Positions 48,144 through 48,144 of a stretch of DNA of 48,144 nt are shown here, piece after piece. Below the pieces are notes generated by a model. The model saw only the letters and a program-made list of their open reading frames with translations. It ran no database searches and had not been told where the DNA came from. Positions within the stretch are counted from its first letter, which is position 1. The number at the start of each line of letters is the position of its first letter. This stretch comes from an uncultured archaeon (GTDB lineage Archaea; Asgardarchaeota; Lokiarchaeia; Sigyniarchaeales; SOKP01), in NCBI GenBank assembly GCA_964583985.1, contig CAZOYD010000024.1, forward strand, positions 1 through 48,144, written 5' to 3'. A program made the translations under genes and the position numbers.

Positions 48144-48144
48144 A

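Noticed and set aside
1-48144. CRISPR arrays, rRNA, integrases, intact transposases
   Set aside because: No repeat-spacer periodicity or diagnostic motifs seen. The IS630-like HTH at 16047-16997 has no DDE domain or terminal repeats.

Overview
AT-rich archaeal chromosomal segment, most likely from an Asgard archaeon (Lokiarchaeia/Promethearchaeota-like). The assignment rests on Rab-like GTPases, RING, MIT-like, PCI and HEAT proteins, eS30, GPN and NOG1 GTPases, a PAS histidine kinase, methanofuran biosynthesis genes and a eukaryote-type SECIS. No CRISPR array, rRNA or intact mobile element was seen. Several elements are missed or mis-called by the ORF track. (1) A candidate box H/ACA guide sRNA (44728-44800, minus) whose pocket matches LSU rRNA helix 69. 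(2) A tRNA-Trp(CCA) with three introns (17714-17876, minus). (3) A selenocysteine-containing SelD (in-frame UGA at codon 18) with a 3' eukaryote-type SECIS. (4) A corrinoid methyl-transfer cluster with a duplicated corrinoid gene and three copies of a candidate ArsR operator. (5) An HTH plus degenerate Rab pseudo-GTPase preceded by 19-bp-phased repeats. (6) Two genes whose conserved N-termini lack an in-frame ATG/GTG/TTG. (7) Two microproteins and a probable histone C-terminus at the right edge. All calls come from reading the sequence by eye; no database searches or folding programs were run.
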